The notes beneath the pieces were generated by a model. The model worked only from the letters and a program-made list of their open reading frames with translations, ran no database searches and had not been told where the DNA came from. A program made the translations under genes and the position numbers. 64,000 nucleotides of DNA from an uncultured Chloroflexia bacterium (lineage in GTDB: Bacteria; Chloroflexota; Limnocylindria; Limnocylindrales; CSP1-4): the NCBI GenBank assembly GCA_963833225.1, contig CAWHXD010000017.1, positions 328,955 through 392,954 of the forward strand. Direction: 5' to 3'. Below are positions 46,153 through 57,289 of the stretch, piece after piece. Each line of letters begins with the position of its first letter. Within the stretch, counting starts at the first letter, position 1.

Positions 46153-46252
46153 GATATGCGATTGTGCCCGGAGTCTACACCGGCCGGTCTCCGGCGACGT
46201 CCCGGGTGCCGGTGCGCGTGCCGGCGTGCGTGCCGCTGGCGCCGGATCGACA

Positions 46253-46532
46253 TGGCCAGGTTCATGCCCAGTGCACGTCATGCGACCTCCCGGCCACGGA
46301 CGTGTCCACCGACCCCGGCCGGCCGCTCAGCTCCACGCTCGCGATGGCAGGGCGATCTGGCCAGATTCCGATGCGGCGCGCCTTGGGCAGAGAAGACGTG
46401 GCCCAACGTGCACCCGGTCTGAATCTGGCCGGGCGAACGGTTCCACGACCGACATAGCGCGCACTCGGTCGGAATCTGGCCAAGTCGGACGTGATGGATT
46501 GCCGTAACGCGCACTCCATCTGAATCTGGCCA
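46253..46532. repeat. Intergenic array of five degenerate 26-bp repeats (2 reverse, 3 forward)
   Basis: Consensus ACGYGCACTCGGTCTGAATCTGGCCA at 46253(-), 46358(-), 46406, 46457, 46507. Confidence 0.8.
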
Positions 46533-46614
46533 GGTTGGGCGCACGCGCCGGGCGGTGGCGAAGAGGCGGTGGCGAAGATCAGCGGACGAGGGGGGACGCG
46601 GGATCCGGGCGCGG

Positions 46615-47583
46615 CTACCCGGCGGCTGTCGCTTCCGGTGTCGGCGCCGACGGCGACGGCGTCGGGGCGCTTGACTGGATCCAGGCCACGATCTCGGCGA
46701 GGACCTCCCGGTGCTCGGGCTCGTTGTGCTGCTCGTGGCACAGGCCCTCGTTGACCGTGATCGTGACGTTCCCCAGGGCTCGGAATCGCTCGCTCGCGCG
46801 AACGGGCACGATCGGGTCCCGGGACCCGTGCACGATATGAGTCGGGACCGGCATTGCCGCCAGGCTGGTCAGCAGCTCATGAAGCCTGTCCTGCTCATGG
46901 AACGCCTCCGCCCCCAAGTGAACGGTGGCCCTGGAGGAGCACAGCGGGTCGGCAGCGAAGGCCTCGTCAACCGCTGGTTCGCGCGACCGGCCGTGGGAAA
47001 TCCCGGACGCCAGGCGCAGCCGGGGCATGATCCGGTCGAACAGGAGCGCGGCCGGGCGCTGCCAGCCGGGCTGGTTGTCGTCCAGGCTCGGCGCGCTCAG
47101 CACGAGCAGGTCGGGCAGCAGCCTTGGCTGCTCGGAGAGGACGTAGCCCGCGCACAGCAGCCCGCCAAGCGAGTGTCCATACAGGATCAGGGGCTTTCCC
47201 GGGTGCGTCTCCCGCAGCGTCGTCAGGCGTGTCTCCAGGTCGTCGTGCAGGATCGACCAGCGTTCCACGTAGACCCGTCGCCCGCCCGATCCGCCGCATC
47301 CGCGGAGGTCGTAGGCCCAGGTATCGATCCCGGCATCGGTGAAGGCCGAGGCCACGTTCGAGTACCGGCCGCCGTGCTCGCCCAGGCCGTGGACGATCTC
47401 GGCAACCGCCCAGGACGGCTCGGCCGGCTCCCAGCGGATGGTGCGCAGGATGGTGCCGTCGGCCATGCGGGCGGTGCCCAGCGACGGGGCGACGCGCGGG
47501 GCGGGCTCGGACCCGGACACGGGATCTGGCGCAGACCCGGGCTCGGAGCGGGGCGCGGGCTCGGGCGCGGGCTCGATGGTCAT
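46615..47583 (-). CDS. Alpha/beta hydrolase (lysophospholipase / monoacylglycerol lipase family)
   Basis: HGLGEHGGRY, DLRGCG, GHSLGG, HGSRDPIV, HEQHNE. Confidence 0.92.
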   Translation of the reverse strand: MTIEPAPEPAPRSEPGSAPDPVSGSEPAPRVAPSLGTARMADGTILRTIRWEPAEPSWAVAEIVHGLGEHGGRYSNVASAFTDAGIDTWAYDLRGCGGSGGRRVYVERWSILHDDLETRLTTLRETHPGKPLILYGHSLGGLLCAGYVLSEQPRLLPDLLVLSAPSLDDNQPGWQRPAALLFDRIMPRLRLASGISHGRSREPAVDEAFAADPLCSSRATVHLGAEAFHEQDRLHELLTSLAAMPVPTHIVHGSRDPIVPVRASERFRALGNVTITVNEGLCHEQHNEPEHREVLAEIVAWIQSSAPTPSPSAPTPEATAAG

Positions 47584-47642
47584 GCATCCCTCCTCGCACG
47601 CAGGGTAGACCGAACGACCGGGTCTCCGCGTACGATCCGCGC

Positions 47643-48470
47643 ATGCAGTCCCGCTGGACCGAGGTCGGCGACCGGGTCTTCGTCCGCCGCTACCGCTTCT
47701 TCGACCAGGACATCGTGGCCGTCCTCGGCGATGACGAGGCGCTCGTCGTCGACACCCGGACCACGCTCGGCCAGGCTCGCGAGATCCTTGACGACCTCCG
47801 GGACCTCGGGTCGCCCCGCGTCGGGCTCGTGGTCAACACGCACGGCCACTACGACCACGCGTTTGGCAACGCCGCGTTCCGGCCGGCGGTGATCTGGGGC
47901 CACGAGCGCTGCCGGTCGATGATCGAGCAATCCGGCGAGCGGATGCGGGCCGACGTGATCTCCGACTTCCCGGCGTTGGCGGCCGAGCTGGCCGACGTGC
48001 CGCTCGACCCGCCGGACCGCGTGTTCAGCGAGACCGCGACGCTGGACCTCGGCGGCCGCGAGATCCGCCTCACCTACCTCGGGCGTGGCCACACCGACAA
48101 CGACATCGTGGTCTCGATCCCCGATGCGGACGTCCTGTGCGCGGGCGACCTGCTGGAGAACGGCGCGACACCCTACTTCGGTGACGGCTACCCGATGGAC
48201 TGGCCGGCCACCGCACAGGCGCTGCTGGCGCTCGTGGGTGAGCGGACCGCCGTGGTGCCCGGGCATGGGGCCGTGGCCGGGCGCGCGTTCGCGGCCGCGT
48301 CGCTCGACGCGTTCCGGGCGCTGGCCGCGCTCGCGGTGCGCGTCCAGGGCGGCGAGCTGGACCTCGAGGCGGCGATCGCGCTGGCCCCCTACCCGGCGCC
48401 GGCCGCGCGTGAGCCCCTCGAGCGCGCCCTCGCCCAGCTTCGAGGTGAGCTCGATCCGATCCCGGGCTAG
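47643..48470 (+). CDS. MBL-fold metallo-hydrolase
   Basis: NTHGHYDHAFGN, GHTDND, AGDL, VPGHG. Confidence 0.92.
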   Translation: MQSRWTEVGDRVFVRRYRFFDQDIVAVLGDDEALVVDTRTTLGQAREILDDLRDLGSPRVGLVVNTHGHYDHAFGNAAFRPAVIWGHERCRSMIEQSGERMRADVISDFPALAAELADVPLDPPDRVFSETATLDLGGREIRLTYLGRGHTDNDIVVSIPDADVLCAGDLLENGATPYFGDGYPMDWPATAQALLALVGERTAVVPGHGAVAGRAFAAASLDAFRALAALAVRVQGGELDLEAAIALAPYPAPAAREPLERALAQLRGELDPIPG

Positions 48471-49505
48471 AGCCGGACCACGACCCGGACTCGACCCCGA
48501 TCCAAGCCCGCGATCCGCACCACCCAGCGTCCGCGCGCCTGCCCCGCCACGATCGCGTCCAGCGCCGGCTCCAGCGTGTCCAGGTCCACCTCGGAGATGC
48601 CGTCGTCGATCCCGCGCGGCAGCAGGTCCGTCGCGAGCCGGGCCCAGAGCGCGCGGCGGTCACCGATCGCCATGTTCGCGGAGTCCATGCCCAACAGCGC
48701 CACGCCCCGGAGGATGAACGGGAACACCGTGGTCACGAGCTCGGCGCCCGACGCGTTGCCCGACGAGGCGCAGGCGGCCCCGTTGCCGCAGGGTCCGCAG
48801 CACGTACGGCAGCGTGGCCGAGCCCACGGTGTCGACCGCGCCCGCCCAGCGCGCTGAGTCGAGCGGCCGCCCAGGCGCCGTGACCTCGTCCCGGGTGAGG
48901 ATCCCGGCGGCACCGAGGTCCCGGAGCCGGTCCGCCTCGTCGGGCTTGCCCGTTGCCGCCCAGACCTCGTAGCCGCGCGTGGCGAGGATCGCGACCGCGG
49001 TGCTGCCGACGCCACCCGAGGCGCCGGTGACCAGCACGGGGCCGTCACCTGCCCGCAGGCCTCGTTCCTCCAGCGCCTGGACGCTCATCGCGGCCGTGAA
49101 GCCGGCGGTCCCGATCGCCATCGCGTCGCGAGGGCTCAGCCCGTCCGGGAGCGGCACCACCCACCCCGCCGGGATCCGCGCCAGCTCGCCGTACCCGCCG
49201 TGCCGGGCGGTCCCGATGTCGTAGCCGTTCGCCAGCACGGCCGCCCCGACCGGGAACGCATCGTCCTCCGATGCCGCGACGGTGCCTGCGAGGTCGATCC
49301 CCGGGACCAGCGGGTAGCCGCGGGCCACGCGGCCGTCCTCGCGCGCGGCCAGGCCGTCCTTGAAGTTCACCCCAGACCACTCGACCCGCACGGTGACCTC
49401 GCCCGGGGGCAGGTCCGCCGGGGTCAGGGTGCGCAGGCCCCGGGTGAAGCCACCCTCGGGGCGATCGACGACGTAGGCACGGAACGATGCGGGCAGGTCT
49501 GACAT
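48467..49505 (-). CDS. MDR-family oxidoreductase, YhdH/AcuI (acryloyl-CoA reductase) type; +1 indel near 48786
   Basis: SGVNFKDGLA, PGIDLAG, IGTAGFTA, TGASGGVGS, then shifted frame PFILRGVALLGMDS. Confidence 0.9.
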
Positions 49506-49571
49506 GCGCTGATCATGCCTCGCGCGCCCCGGCCCGTCACCGCGCCGTCGCGCGGGCCGCGCTTGGCGAGC

Positions 49572-49600
49572 TCCCGGCAGACTCTCAGCAATCTCACAGC
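49572..49600 (+). promoter_or_regulatory. Three TCNCRGC direct repeats at 11-bp period (PhoP-type box)
   Basis: TCCCGGC 49572, TCTCAGC 49583, TCACAGC 49594 just upstream of the response regulator. Confidence 0.7.
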
Positions 49601-49622
49601 GACACGAGCCCACAATCGTGGC

Positions 49623-50363
49623 ATGCGCCCAGCCGGAGCCACTCCTGCCCACATCCTCGTCGTGGACGACGAGCCGTCCATCACGGAGCTGCTGGCCACC
49701 GCCCTTCGATACATGGGCTACCAGGTCACCGTCGCGGACAGTGGGTTCGCCGCGCTCGACGCGGCGGCGACCGCCGCACCGGACCTGGTCGTGCTCGACG
49801 TCATGCTCCCCGACCTCGACGGCTTCGAGGTCTGCCGGCGGCTGCGGGCCGCGCGCGACTTCGTCCCGGTGATCTTCCTGTCCGCGCGCGACTCCGAGGG
49901 CGACCGGGTGACCGGGTTCGTTCGGGGTGGCGACGACTACGTCACCAAGCCGTTCAGCCTCGAGGAGCTCACCCTCCGCATCTCCGCGCTGCTCCGTCGC
50001 GTGGGCAAGGGGGCCGACGGAGACGTGAACCCCCGCCTCCGGTACCGCGACCTGGAGATGGACGAGGACCGCCACCAGGTCTGGCGTGCCGGCCGCGAGG
50101 TCCTGCTCTCCCCCACCGAGTTCCGCCTCCTCCGCTACTTCCTGCTCAACCCGGAGCGCGTCCTGTCGAAGCAGCAGATCCTGGACCACGTCTGGCAGTA
50201 CGACTTCAACGGCGAGGACAACGTCGTCGAGACCTACGTCTCGTACCTGCGCCGCAAGCTCGACGACACGGAGCCGCGCCTGCTCCGGACCGTCCGCGGC
50301 TTCGGGTACGTGCTGCGCACCGACGACACGGGGTCACCCTCGCCGGGCTCCGGCCCCGGATGA
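49623..50363 (+). CDS. OmpR-family response regulator (actinobacterial PhoP/TcrX-like)
   Basis: VVDDE, LDVMLPD, DDYVTKPFS, ILDHVWQYDF..VVETYVSYLRRKLD, TVRGFGY. Confidence 0.96.
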   Translation: MRPAGATPAHILVVDDEPSITELLATALRYMGYQVTVADSGFAALDAAATAAPDLVVLDVMLPDLDGFEVCRRLRAARDFVPVIFLSARDSEGDRVTGFVRGGDDYVTKPFSLEELTLRISALLRRVGKGADGDVNPRLRYRDLEMDEDRHQVWRAGREVLLSPTEFRLLRYFLLNPERVLSKQQILDHVWQYDFNGEDNVVETYVSYLRRKLDDTEPRLLRTVRGFGYVLRTDDTGSPSPGSGPG

Positions 50364-51814
50364 GCCTCCGGACGCGGCTCGTCGCCACGCTCGCGGTCAC
50401 GCTCGCGCTCGCGCTCGTCCTGGCCGGTGCGCTGATCCTGGGGCTCACCCGGGCCAGCCTCGTGGAGCGGATCGACCACGAGCTGTTGACGATCGCCGGC
50501 GCCGCGACCAACCTCGACCGTCTCGCCCAGCTGGCCGACTCCAGCTCGGATGCCGGCCGGCGCCTGGCGGTGCTGCGCCTGGACCGGCGGGGCAACGTCA
50601 TCCGCGCGTTCCCCTCGGGGTTCGCGAGCGATCCCGACCCCCTCCCGGCCCTGCCGGTCTACCCCGGGGGCATCCCCGACCAGGCGTTCGGGGTCATCGC
50701 GGAGCGGCCGTCCGTCGATGGCGGCATGGAGTACCGGGTGCTCATGGAGCGGGGGCCACGAGACCTCGCGATCATCGCCATCGCCGCCCCGACGACATCC
50801 GTCGAGGCGGCCGAGCGCGCGCTGGTCCGGGTGATGCTGGTCGTCGGCGGGCTCGCGATGGGAGCGCTGCTGCTCGTCTCGTGGGCCGTGATCCGGCATG
50901 GGCTCCTGCCGCTGGAGCGGATGACCCGCACGGCCGAGGAGATCGCCGCCGGCGACCTCTCGCATCGGGCCGGCGTGCCGCATGACGGAAGCGAGGTCGG
51001 GCGCATGGGGGCGGCCTTCGACAGCATGCTGGACCAGATCGAGGGGTCGTTCGCCCAGCAGCAGACCGCGCTCGAGCAGATGGAACGGAGCGAGACCCGC
51101 TTGCGCCGGTTCGCCGCCGACGCCTCGCACGAGCTGCGCACCCCGCTCACCGCGGTCCGCGGCTACGCCGACCTGTATCGGGCCGGGGGCCTGACCGATC
51201 CGGAGGCGCTCGCGACGGCGATGGACCGGATCGGGACCGAGAGCCGGCGGATGTCGACCCTCGTGGACGACCTGCTGCTCCTCGCCCGCCTGGACCAGGG
51301 TCGTCCGGTCCGTCGGGTGCCGGTGGACCTGTCCAGGATCGCCGCGGACGCCGTGGCCGACCTGCGGGCCATCGAGCCCGCCCGGCCCGTCGTGGGGGCG
51401 ATCGAACCGGGCGTCGTGGTGGCGGGTGATGACGATCGCCTGCGCCAGGTCGTGGGCAACCTCGTCGCCAACGTGCGGGTCCACGCCGGACCCGAGACCC
51501 CGATGGAGCTGAGCCTGCGGTCGATCGACGGTGAGGCGGAGCTGCGGGTCGTGGACCACGGACCCGGCATCGACCCCGAGCACGCGGCCCAGGTGTTCGA
51601 CCGCTTCTATCGGGCCGACGTCGGGCGCTCCCGCGAGCGAGGCGGGACGGGACTCGGGCTGTCGATCGTCGCGTCCCTGGTGGACGCGCACGGCGGGCGG
51701 CTGTGGCACGAGGCGACGCCAGGCGGCGGGGCCACATTCGTGGTGCGCCTGGGCATCACAGCAGGTTCACAGCCGGTACCCGGCGGGCGTACAGTCGACG
51801 AGTCAACGCTGTGA
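50360..51814 (+). CDS. HAMP-domain sensor histidine kinase
   Basis: Two TMs, HAMP, DASHELRTPLT, GNLVAN, DHGPG, FDRFYR, GGTGLGL; ATGA overlap. Confidence 0.96.
   Translation: MSLRTRLVATLAVTLALALVLAGALILGLTRASLVERIDHELLTIAGAATNLDRLAQLADSSSDAGRRLAVLRLDRRGNVIRAFPSGFASDPDPLPALPVYPGGIPDQAFGVIAERPSVDGGMEYRVLMERGPRDLAIIAIAAPTTSVEAAERALVRVMLVVGGLAMGALLLVSWAVIRHGLLPLERMTRTAEEIAAGDLSHRAGVPHDGSEVGRMGAAFDSMLDQIEGSFAQQQTALEQMERSETRLRRFAADASHELRTPLTAVRGYADLYRAGGLTDPEALATAMDRIGTESRRMSTLVDDLLLLARLDQGRPVRRVPVDLSRIAADAVADLRAIEPARPVVGAIEPGVVVAGDDDRLRQVVGNLVANVRVHAGPETPMELSLRSIDGEAELRVVDHGPGIDPEHAAQVFDRFYRADVGRSRERGGTGLGLSIVASLVDAHGGRLWHEATPGGGATFVVRLGITAGSQPVPGGRTVDESTL
51756..51773 (+). promoter_or_regulatory. 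Perfect TCACAGC-N4-TCACAGC box
   Basis: TCACAGC aggt TCACAGC inside the kinase 3' end, about 90 bp upstream of the next gene. Confidence 0.75.
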
Positions 51815-51863
51815 CTGCGATCCCGCCGTCGGCAATCGACGCGCCGCTCACCGGAGGCAACCC

Positions 51864-52481
51864 GTGAAGCTCAACAGGAACACCGTCGTCATCCCGCTCG
51901 TTGCTCTCATGCTCGTGGGAGCCGCAGGTGCGGTGCTGGCGACCACCGGCAGCCCCACGGCCCCGGAGGCCCAGGCGCCGGCTGCGGCGACCCCGACACC
52001 CGCACCGTCCTCGGGAGCGGCGACCAAGCCCGCCATCGGGGACGACGTCCTCACCAGCGTCCTCGACGACCTGGTGGCCAAGGGGACCATCACCAAGGCC
52101 CAGAAGACGGCGATCCTCGACGGTCTGACCGCCGAACGGACGGCTCGGCAGGAAGCCCGCAAGGCGGCCCTGGACAAGGCCATGGCGGACCGCCAGCAGA
52201 TCCGGGATTTCCTCTCGGATGGCGTGATCACCAAGGAGGAGTTCGCGCAACTCCCGGCCGACAGCCCGCTGCGCCAGCTCACCACCCTGATGGACGACGG
52301 CCAGATCACCACCGATGAGCTCAAGACGCTCGGCCGCGGCTTCCTCGGCGGGGGCGGGCTGTTCCCCGGCGCCGGTCACGGCCACGGCTTCCGCGGGCCC
52401 GGCGGCTTCGGCGGGTTCGGCGGCGGACGCGGCTGGGACAACGGTGCGGCCCCCAGCGCCTCGCCGACGACGGCCGGCTGA
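51864..52481 (+). CDS. Secreted helical protein with Gly-rich tail
   Basis: GGAGG RBS + GTG; signal peptide ending AVLA; LDDLVAKGTITKAQ-like repeats. Confidence 0.8.
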   Translation: MKLNRNTVVIPLVALMLVGAAGAVLATTGSPTAPEAQAPAAATPTPAPSSGAATKPAIGDDVLTSVLDDLVAKGTITKAQKTAILDGLTAERTARQEARKAALDKAMADRQQIRDFLSDGVITKEEFAQLPADSPLRQLTTLMDDGQITTDELKTLGRGFLGGGGLFPGAGHGHGFRGPGGFGGFGGGRGWDNGAAPSASPTTAG

Positions 52482-52510
52482 CCGCCGCTCGCTCCATCTC
52501 GCGGACCTCG

Positions 52511-52538
52511 ACGCCCGCCGGCACGTGCCGGCGGGCGT
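52511..52538 (+). terminator. Perfect 28-bp palindrome, probable terminator hairpin
   Basis: ACGCCCGCCGGCAC/GTGCCGGCGGGCGT 30 nt after stop. Confidence 0.6.
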
Positions 52539-52664
52539 TGTGCTGCCCTGCGGCGGCGCGGCGGGTGGGCGCGGCGGGTGGGCGCGGCGGGCGCGGCGGC
52601 GCGGCGGCGTGGCGGGAATGACCCCGATCGCCCGCCCTCCACCGGGGACCCAACCGGCCCGCGT

Positions 52665-52860
52665 ATCACCACCGCTGATCAATCCGGGCAATGTCGGCAC
52701 CGCGTGCCGAGGGAAGCGCCCACGGCATCACCACCGCTGATGAATCCGACGATATCTGGCGCCCGGAGGGTCGCCCAGGCCGTCCGTCGGCCGCGATTCC
52801 GACCCGGAACCGCGGCCGACGCGACGAACAACCGCCAATGGTCACCACTGGTGATCTCCC
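52665..52860. repeat. Three copies of a ~22-bp repeat with ATCA-N7-TGAT dyad
   Basis: ATCACCACCGCTGATCAATCCG (52665), ATCACCACCGCTGATGAATCCG (52727), GTCACCACTGGTGATC (52841). Confidence 0.7.
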
Positions 52861-52911
52861 AGCCGCCCGGGCCCTAGTCCGTTGCGTTTTGGTTGCGGGC
52901 CACGGCGCCCC

Positions 52912-52941
52912 TTGACGCCAGCCCCACCGCTCCGGCAACAT
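52912..52941 (+). promoter_or_regulatory. Putative promoter of the metY leader
   Basis: TTGACG-18 nt-CAACAT. Confidence 0.5.
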
Positions 52942-52951
52942 CCACTTCCTG

Positions 52952-53038
52952 ATGGCTTACACCACTGTCGCTTGGCTGATGTGCATGCGTGGGCGGCCCC
53001 GTCGTTCGGAGGACGGGCGCCGAGGTTCCCCGCGCTGA
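52952..53038 (+). CDS. Putative leader peptide MAYTTVAWLMCMRGRPRRSEDGRRGSPR
   Basis: 28-aa ORF with adjacent Met-Cys-Met codons, between promoter and terminator upstream of metY. Confidence 0.65.
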   Translation: MAYTTVAWLMCMRGRPRRSEDGRRGSPR

Positions 53039-53052
53039 TCGTCAGCGAGTGA

Positions 53053-54550
<1,498 letters not shown>

Positions 54551-54558
54551 GCGCCGCC

Positions 54559-55713
54559 ATGGCGTCGGACGGCACGATCCGCCCGGGGAGCAACGGCTCC
54601 CCGGGATCAGCGTCCCCGGCAACCAGCCACGCTGCCCGGCCCCCGCTCGGGACCGGGCGGCTGGAATCCGTCGACCTCGGGGCGGTCAGCCTCGATGCCG
54701 GCAGCACCCTGCCCGTGTCACTCGCCTACCGCCACGACGGTCCCGGGCCCACGGCGCCCCAGGTCCTCGTCATCCATGCCCTCACCGGTTCGGCCGACGC
54801 CGCCGGCGACTGGTGGGCGCCGGTCATCGGGCCCGGACGCGCCCTCGACACGAACCGGGTGGGCGTACTGTGCGCCAACCTGCTCGGAGGCCGGTACGGC
54901 TCCACGGGCCCAACCAGCGTCGACCCGTCGACGGGTGCGCCGTACGGTGACGCATTCCCAGCGATCTCCGCGCGCGACGAGGCCCGGGTCCTGTGGGCGC
55001 TCGCGGACCAGCTGGGCATCGATCGCTTCGCGCTGGTGGCCGGCGGATCGCTCGGCGGCATGATCACGTTCGAGGTCGCCCTCGAGCGCCCGGCGCACGT
55101 CGACCACGTGCTCCCCGTCGCCGCACCCGCGGCCACCGGTGCCCTCGCGATCGCCTGGAACCACATCCAGCTCGAGATCCTCGATCGGCTGGGGACGGAT
55201 GGGCTGGCCCTCGCCCGCCAGCTCGCCATGACCACCTACCGGTCCGAGACCGACTTTGACGCCCGGTTCGGGCGGGCGACACAGGCCGACGGCCGGTTCG
55301 CCGTCAACTCCTACCTCGACCACCAGGGGGCGAAGCTCGAGGACCGGTTCGACGCCCAGACCTACCGCGTCCTCGTGAAGATCATGGACGGCCATGACGT
55401 GGGCCGGAACCGGGGCGGCATCGTGGAGGCGTTCCGGACGCTCGCCGGCAACGACGTGGGCCTGACTGGCCTGGGGATCGAGGGTGACCTGCTCTACGGT
55501 CCGGGCCAGGTCCGCACCGCCGTGGACGAGGCGGCCGCCGCGGGCGTGGACGCCAGCTACCGGGAGCTCGCCTCGATCAAGGGCCACGATGCGTTCCTCA
55601 CCGAGTGGGAGCAGCTGACGCACATCCTGTCCGAGGCGCTTGCCAGCGGGATCGCACGGGCGGCCCGGCGCGGGCTGCACGCGGTGGACGGAGGGCGCGC
55701 CGGGGCTGCGTGA
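54559..55713 (+). CDS. metX: Homoserine O-acyltransferase
   Basis: HALTG, WWAPVIGPGRALDT, GSTGP, GGSLGG, YLDHQG..RFDA, GHDAFL. Confidence 0.92.
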   Translation: MASDGTIRPGSNGSPGSASPATSHAARPPLGTGRLESVDLGAVSLDAGSTLPVSLAYRHDGPGPTAPQVLVIHALTGSADAAGDWWAPVIGPGRALDTNRVGVLCANLLGGRYGSTGPTSVDPSTGAPYGDAFPAISARDEARVLWALADQLGIDRFALVAGGSLGGMITFEVALERPAHVDHVLPVAAPAATGALAIAWNHIQLEILDRLGTDGLALARQLAMTTYRSETDFDARFGRATQADGRFAVNSYLDHQGAKLEDRFDAQTYRVLVKIMDGHDVGRNRGGIVEAFRTLAGNDVGLTGLGIEGDLLYGPGQVRTAVDEAAAAGVDASYRELASIKGHDAFLTEWEQLTHILSEALASGIARAARRGLHAVDGGRAGAA

Positions 55714-55729
55714 TGCGGCATTGACGCGC

Positions 55730-55765
55730 TTGACAGGCCATCCCGTTCTGGCGTTAATAGCCAGA
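55730..55765 (+). promoter_or_regulatory. Promoter and palindromic operator of TA operon (probably leaderless)
   Basis: TTGACA-17 nt-GTTAAT; inverted repeat TCTGGC-N7-GCCAGA across -10; ATG 7 nt after -10, no RBS. Confidence 0.7.
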
Positions 55766-56058
55766 TGGAGACGGCAACGATCACCGAGGTGAAGAACGGG
55801 CTCTCGGCCTACCTCGACCGCGTCCGGGCCGGCGAGACCATCCTGGTCACCGATCGCGGCATCCCGGTTGCCATGCTGGAACCCGTGACCGGGCTCGATC
55901 ACCCGGATCTCCGGCTGCTCGCCCTCGAGCGCAAGGGCCTGATCCGGCGCGGACAAGGCCCGGTTCCGATCCATCTCCTCAACAGCCCGGGTCCGAGGCT
56001 GACCGACGGCGTGAGCATCGTCGAAGGGCTCCTCGAGGAGCGCGAGTCGGGCTGGTGA
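55765..56058 (+). CDS. Phd/YefM-family antitoxin
   Basis: ITEVKNGLSAYLDRVRAGETILVTDRGIPVA. Confidence 0.93.
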   Translation: METATITEVKNGLSAYLDRVRAGETILVTDRGIPVAMLEPVTGLDHPDLRLLALERKGLIRRGQGPVPIHLLNSPGPRLTDGVSIVEGLLEERESGW

Positions 56059-56483
56059 GGTTCTGGGACACCTCGGCAATCCTGCCGGTCCTCGTCGAGG
56101 AGCCCGCGAGCGGCGCAGTTGCGCGGGAGCTCGGGTTCGACAGGCTCGTGGTCGCCTGGTGGGGCACCCGCCTGGAATGCCTGTCTGCCATCGCCCGGCG
56201 CGAGCGGGATGGCTCCCTGGAGCAACGCGCCGTGGGCACGGCGGTCGCGCGTCTCGACGAGATTGCCGCGGCATGGACCGAGGTGGAGCCAACCGATCGG
56301 ATCCGGGCAACCGCGTCGCGCCTGCTGAGGACGCACCCACTCCGGGCTGCGGACTCGCTTCAGCTTGCCGCGGCGATCACCGCCGCCGATGACGCGCCAT
56401 CCGAGCTTCCATTCGTGACGCTCGACACCAGACTTGCGGTTGCTGCCGAGCGCGAGGGATTTCCGGTCATTCGGCCCTCCTAA
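56055..56483 (+). CDS. vapC: VapC-family PIN domain toxin
   Basis: FWDTSA, LRAADSLQLA, FVTLD.RL; GTGA overlap with antitoxin. Confidence 0.93.
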   Translation: MRFWDTSAILPVLVEEPASGAVARELGFDRLVVAWWGTRLECLSAIARRERDGSLEQRAVGTAVARLDEIAAAWTEVEPTDRIRATASRLLRTHPLRAADSLQLAAAITAADDAPSELPFVTLDTRLAVAAEREGFPVIRPS

Positions 56484-56541
56484 CAGACCGCGCGTCCGCT
56501 ACGCTCGCACCCAATCTCGTGCCACCTGCCTCGGAGACACC

Positions 56542-57210
56542 ATGATCACGAAGCGAACGCGCCGGCTCTTCGCGCTCGTGGCCTCGGCCACCCTTCTCCT
56601 GACGGCGTGCGGCAGCGCGGCAACGCCATCGGTCGCCCCCACCCAGGCGCCCGCGACGGCCACCACCGCGCCCACGCTGGCCCCGACACCGGAGCCCACG
56701 CCCAGCCCCACGCTGGCCCCGACCCCGGAGACCACGCCCGAGCCGACCCCGGTCAGCACCGGGTTCGCGTTCGCTCCGGCCGACATCCTCGCGTACTACG
56801 AGAGCATCGGCTTCAAGTGCCAGGATCCGGCCATCGCCGCGGTCGATTTCACCGTGGAGCAGTGCTTCAAGAAGGCGAAGAAGTCACCCACCGCGATGAT
56901 CTCGGTCGCGTGGAGCAACCTGGACCAGCAGACGCACTACGGCTACGGCGGCTACTACAACGCCGACGGCGCCAAGAAGCCCAACAAGGCCGACTCCCTC
57001 AAGCACCTCGGCGGGTTCATCGGGGCCCTGCTCGGCGAGACGGACGGCGTGCCCGTCGGCCAGTGGGTGACCGCAAACTTCGGGGACAACGTCAGCGAGG
57101 TCTACAAGGCGCTCAACGTCTTCACCTACACCCTCGAGAAGAGCCCGGGTTCCGGGTACTTCGTCGAGATTGCCACCCAGGACTTCCTCGACGCCATCCA
57201 GGGGCGCTGA
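56542..57210 (+). CDS. Lipoprotein with Pro/Thr linker
   Basis: Lipobox LTA-C, PT-rich repeats, GGAG RBS. Confidence 0.82.
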   Translation: MITKRTRRLFALVASATLLLTACGSAATPSVAPTQAPATATTAPTLAPTPEPTPSPTLAPTPETTPEPTPVSTGFAFAPADILAYYESIGFKCQDPAIAAVDFTVEQCFKKAKKSPTAMISVAWSNLDQQTHYGYGGYYNADGAKKPNKADSLKHLGGFIGALLGETDGVPVGQWVTANFGDNVSEVYKALNVFTYTLEKSPGSGYFVEIATQDFLDAIQGR

Positions 57211-57289
57211 CCCAGCCGGGGCGGAGACGCTCAACCCGGCGGCGGACCGTGGGACCTGCCGAAGTTGGGATACACTCCCGGACGGTCAC

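Noticed and set aside
46253-46532. CRISPR array
   Set aside because: Repeats are degenerate, in both orientations and few, with no cas genes or leader in the window; kept only as an unexplained repeat.
55765-56483. vapBC as a novel defence system
   Set aside because: Ordinary Phd-PIN type II TA pair with a typical autoregulatory palindrome.
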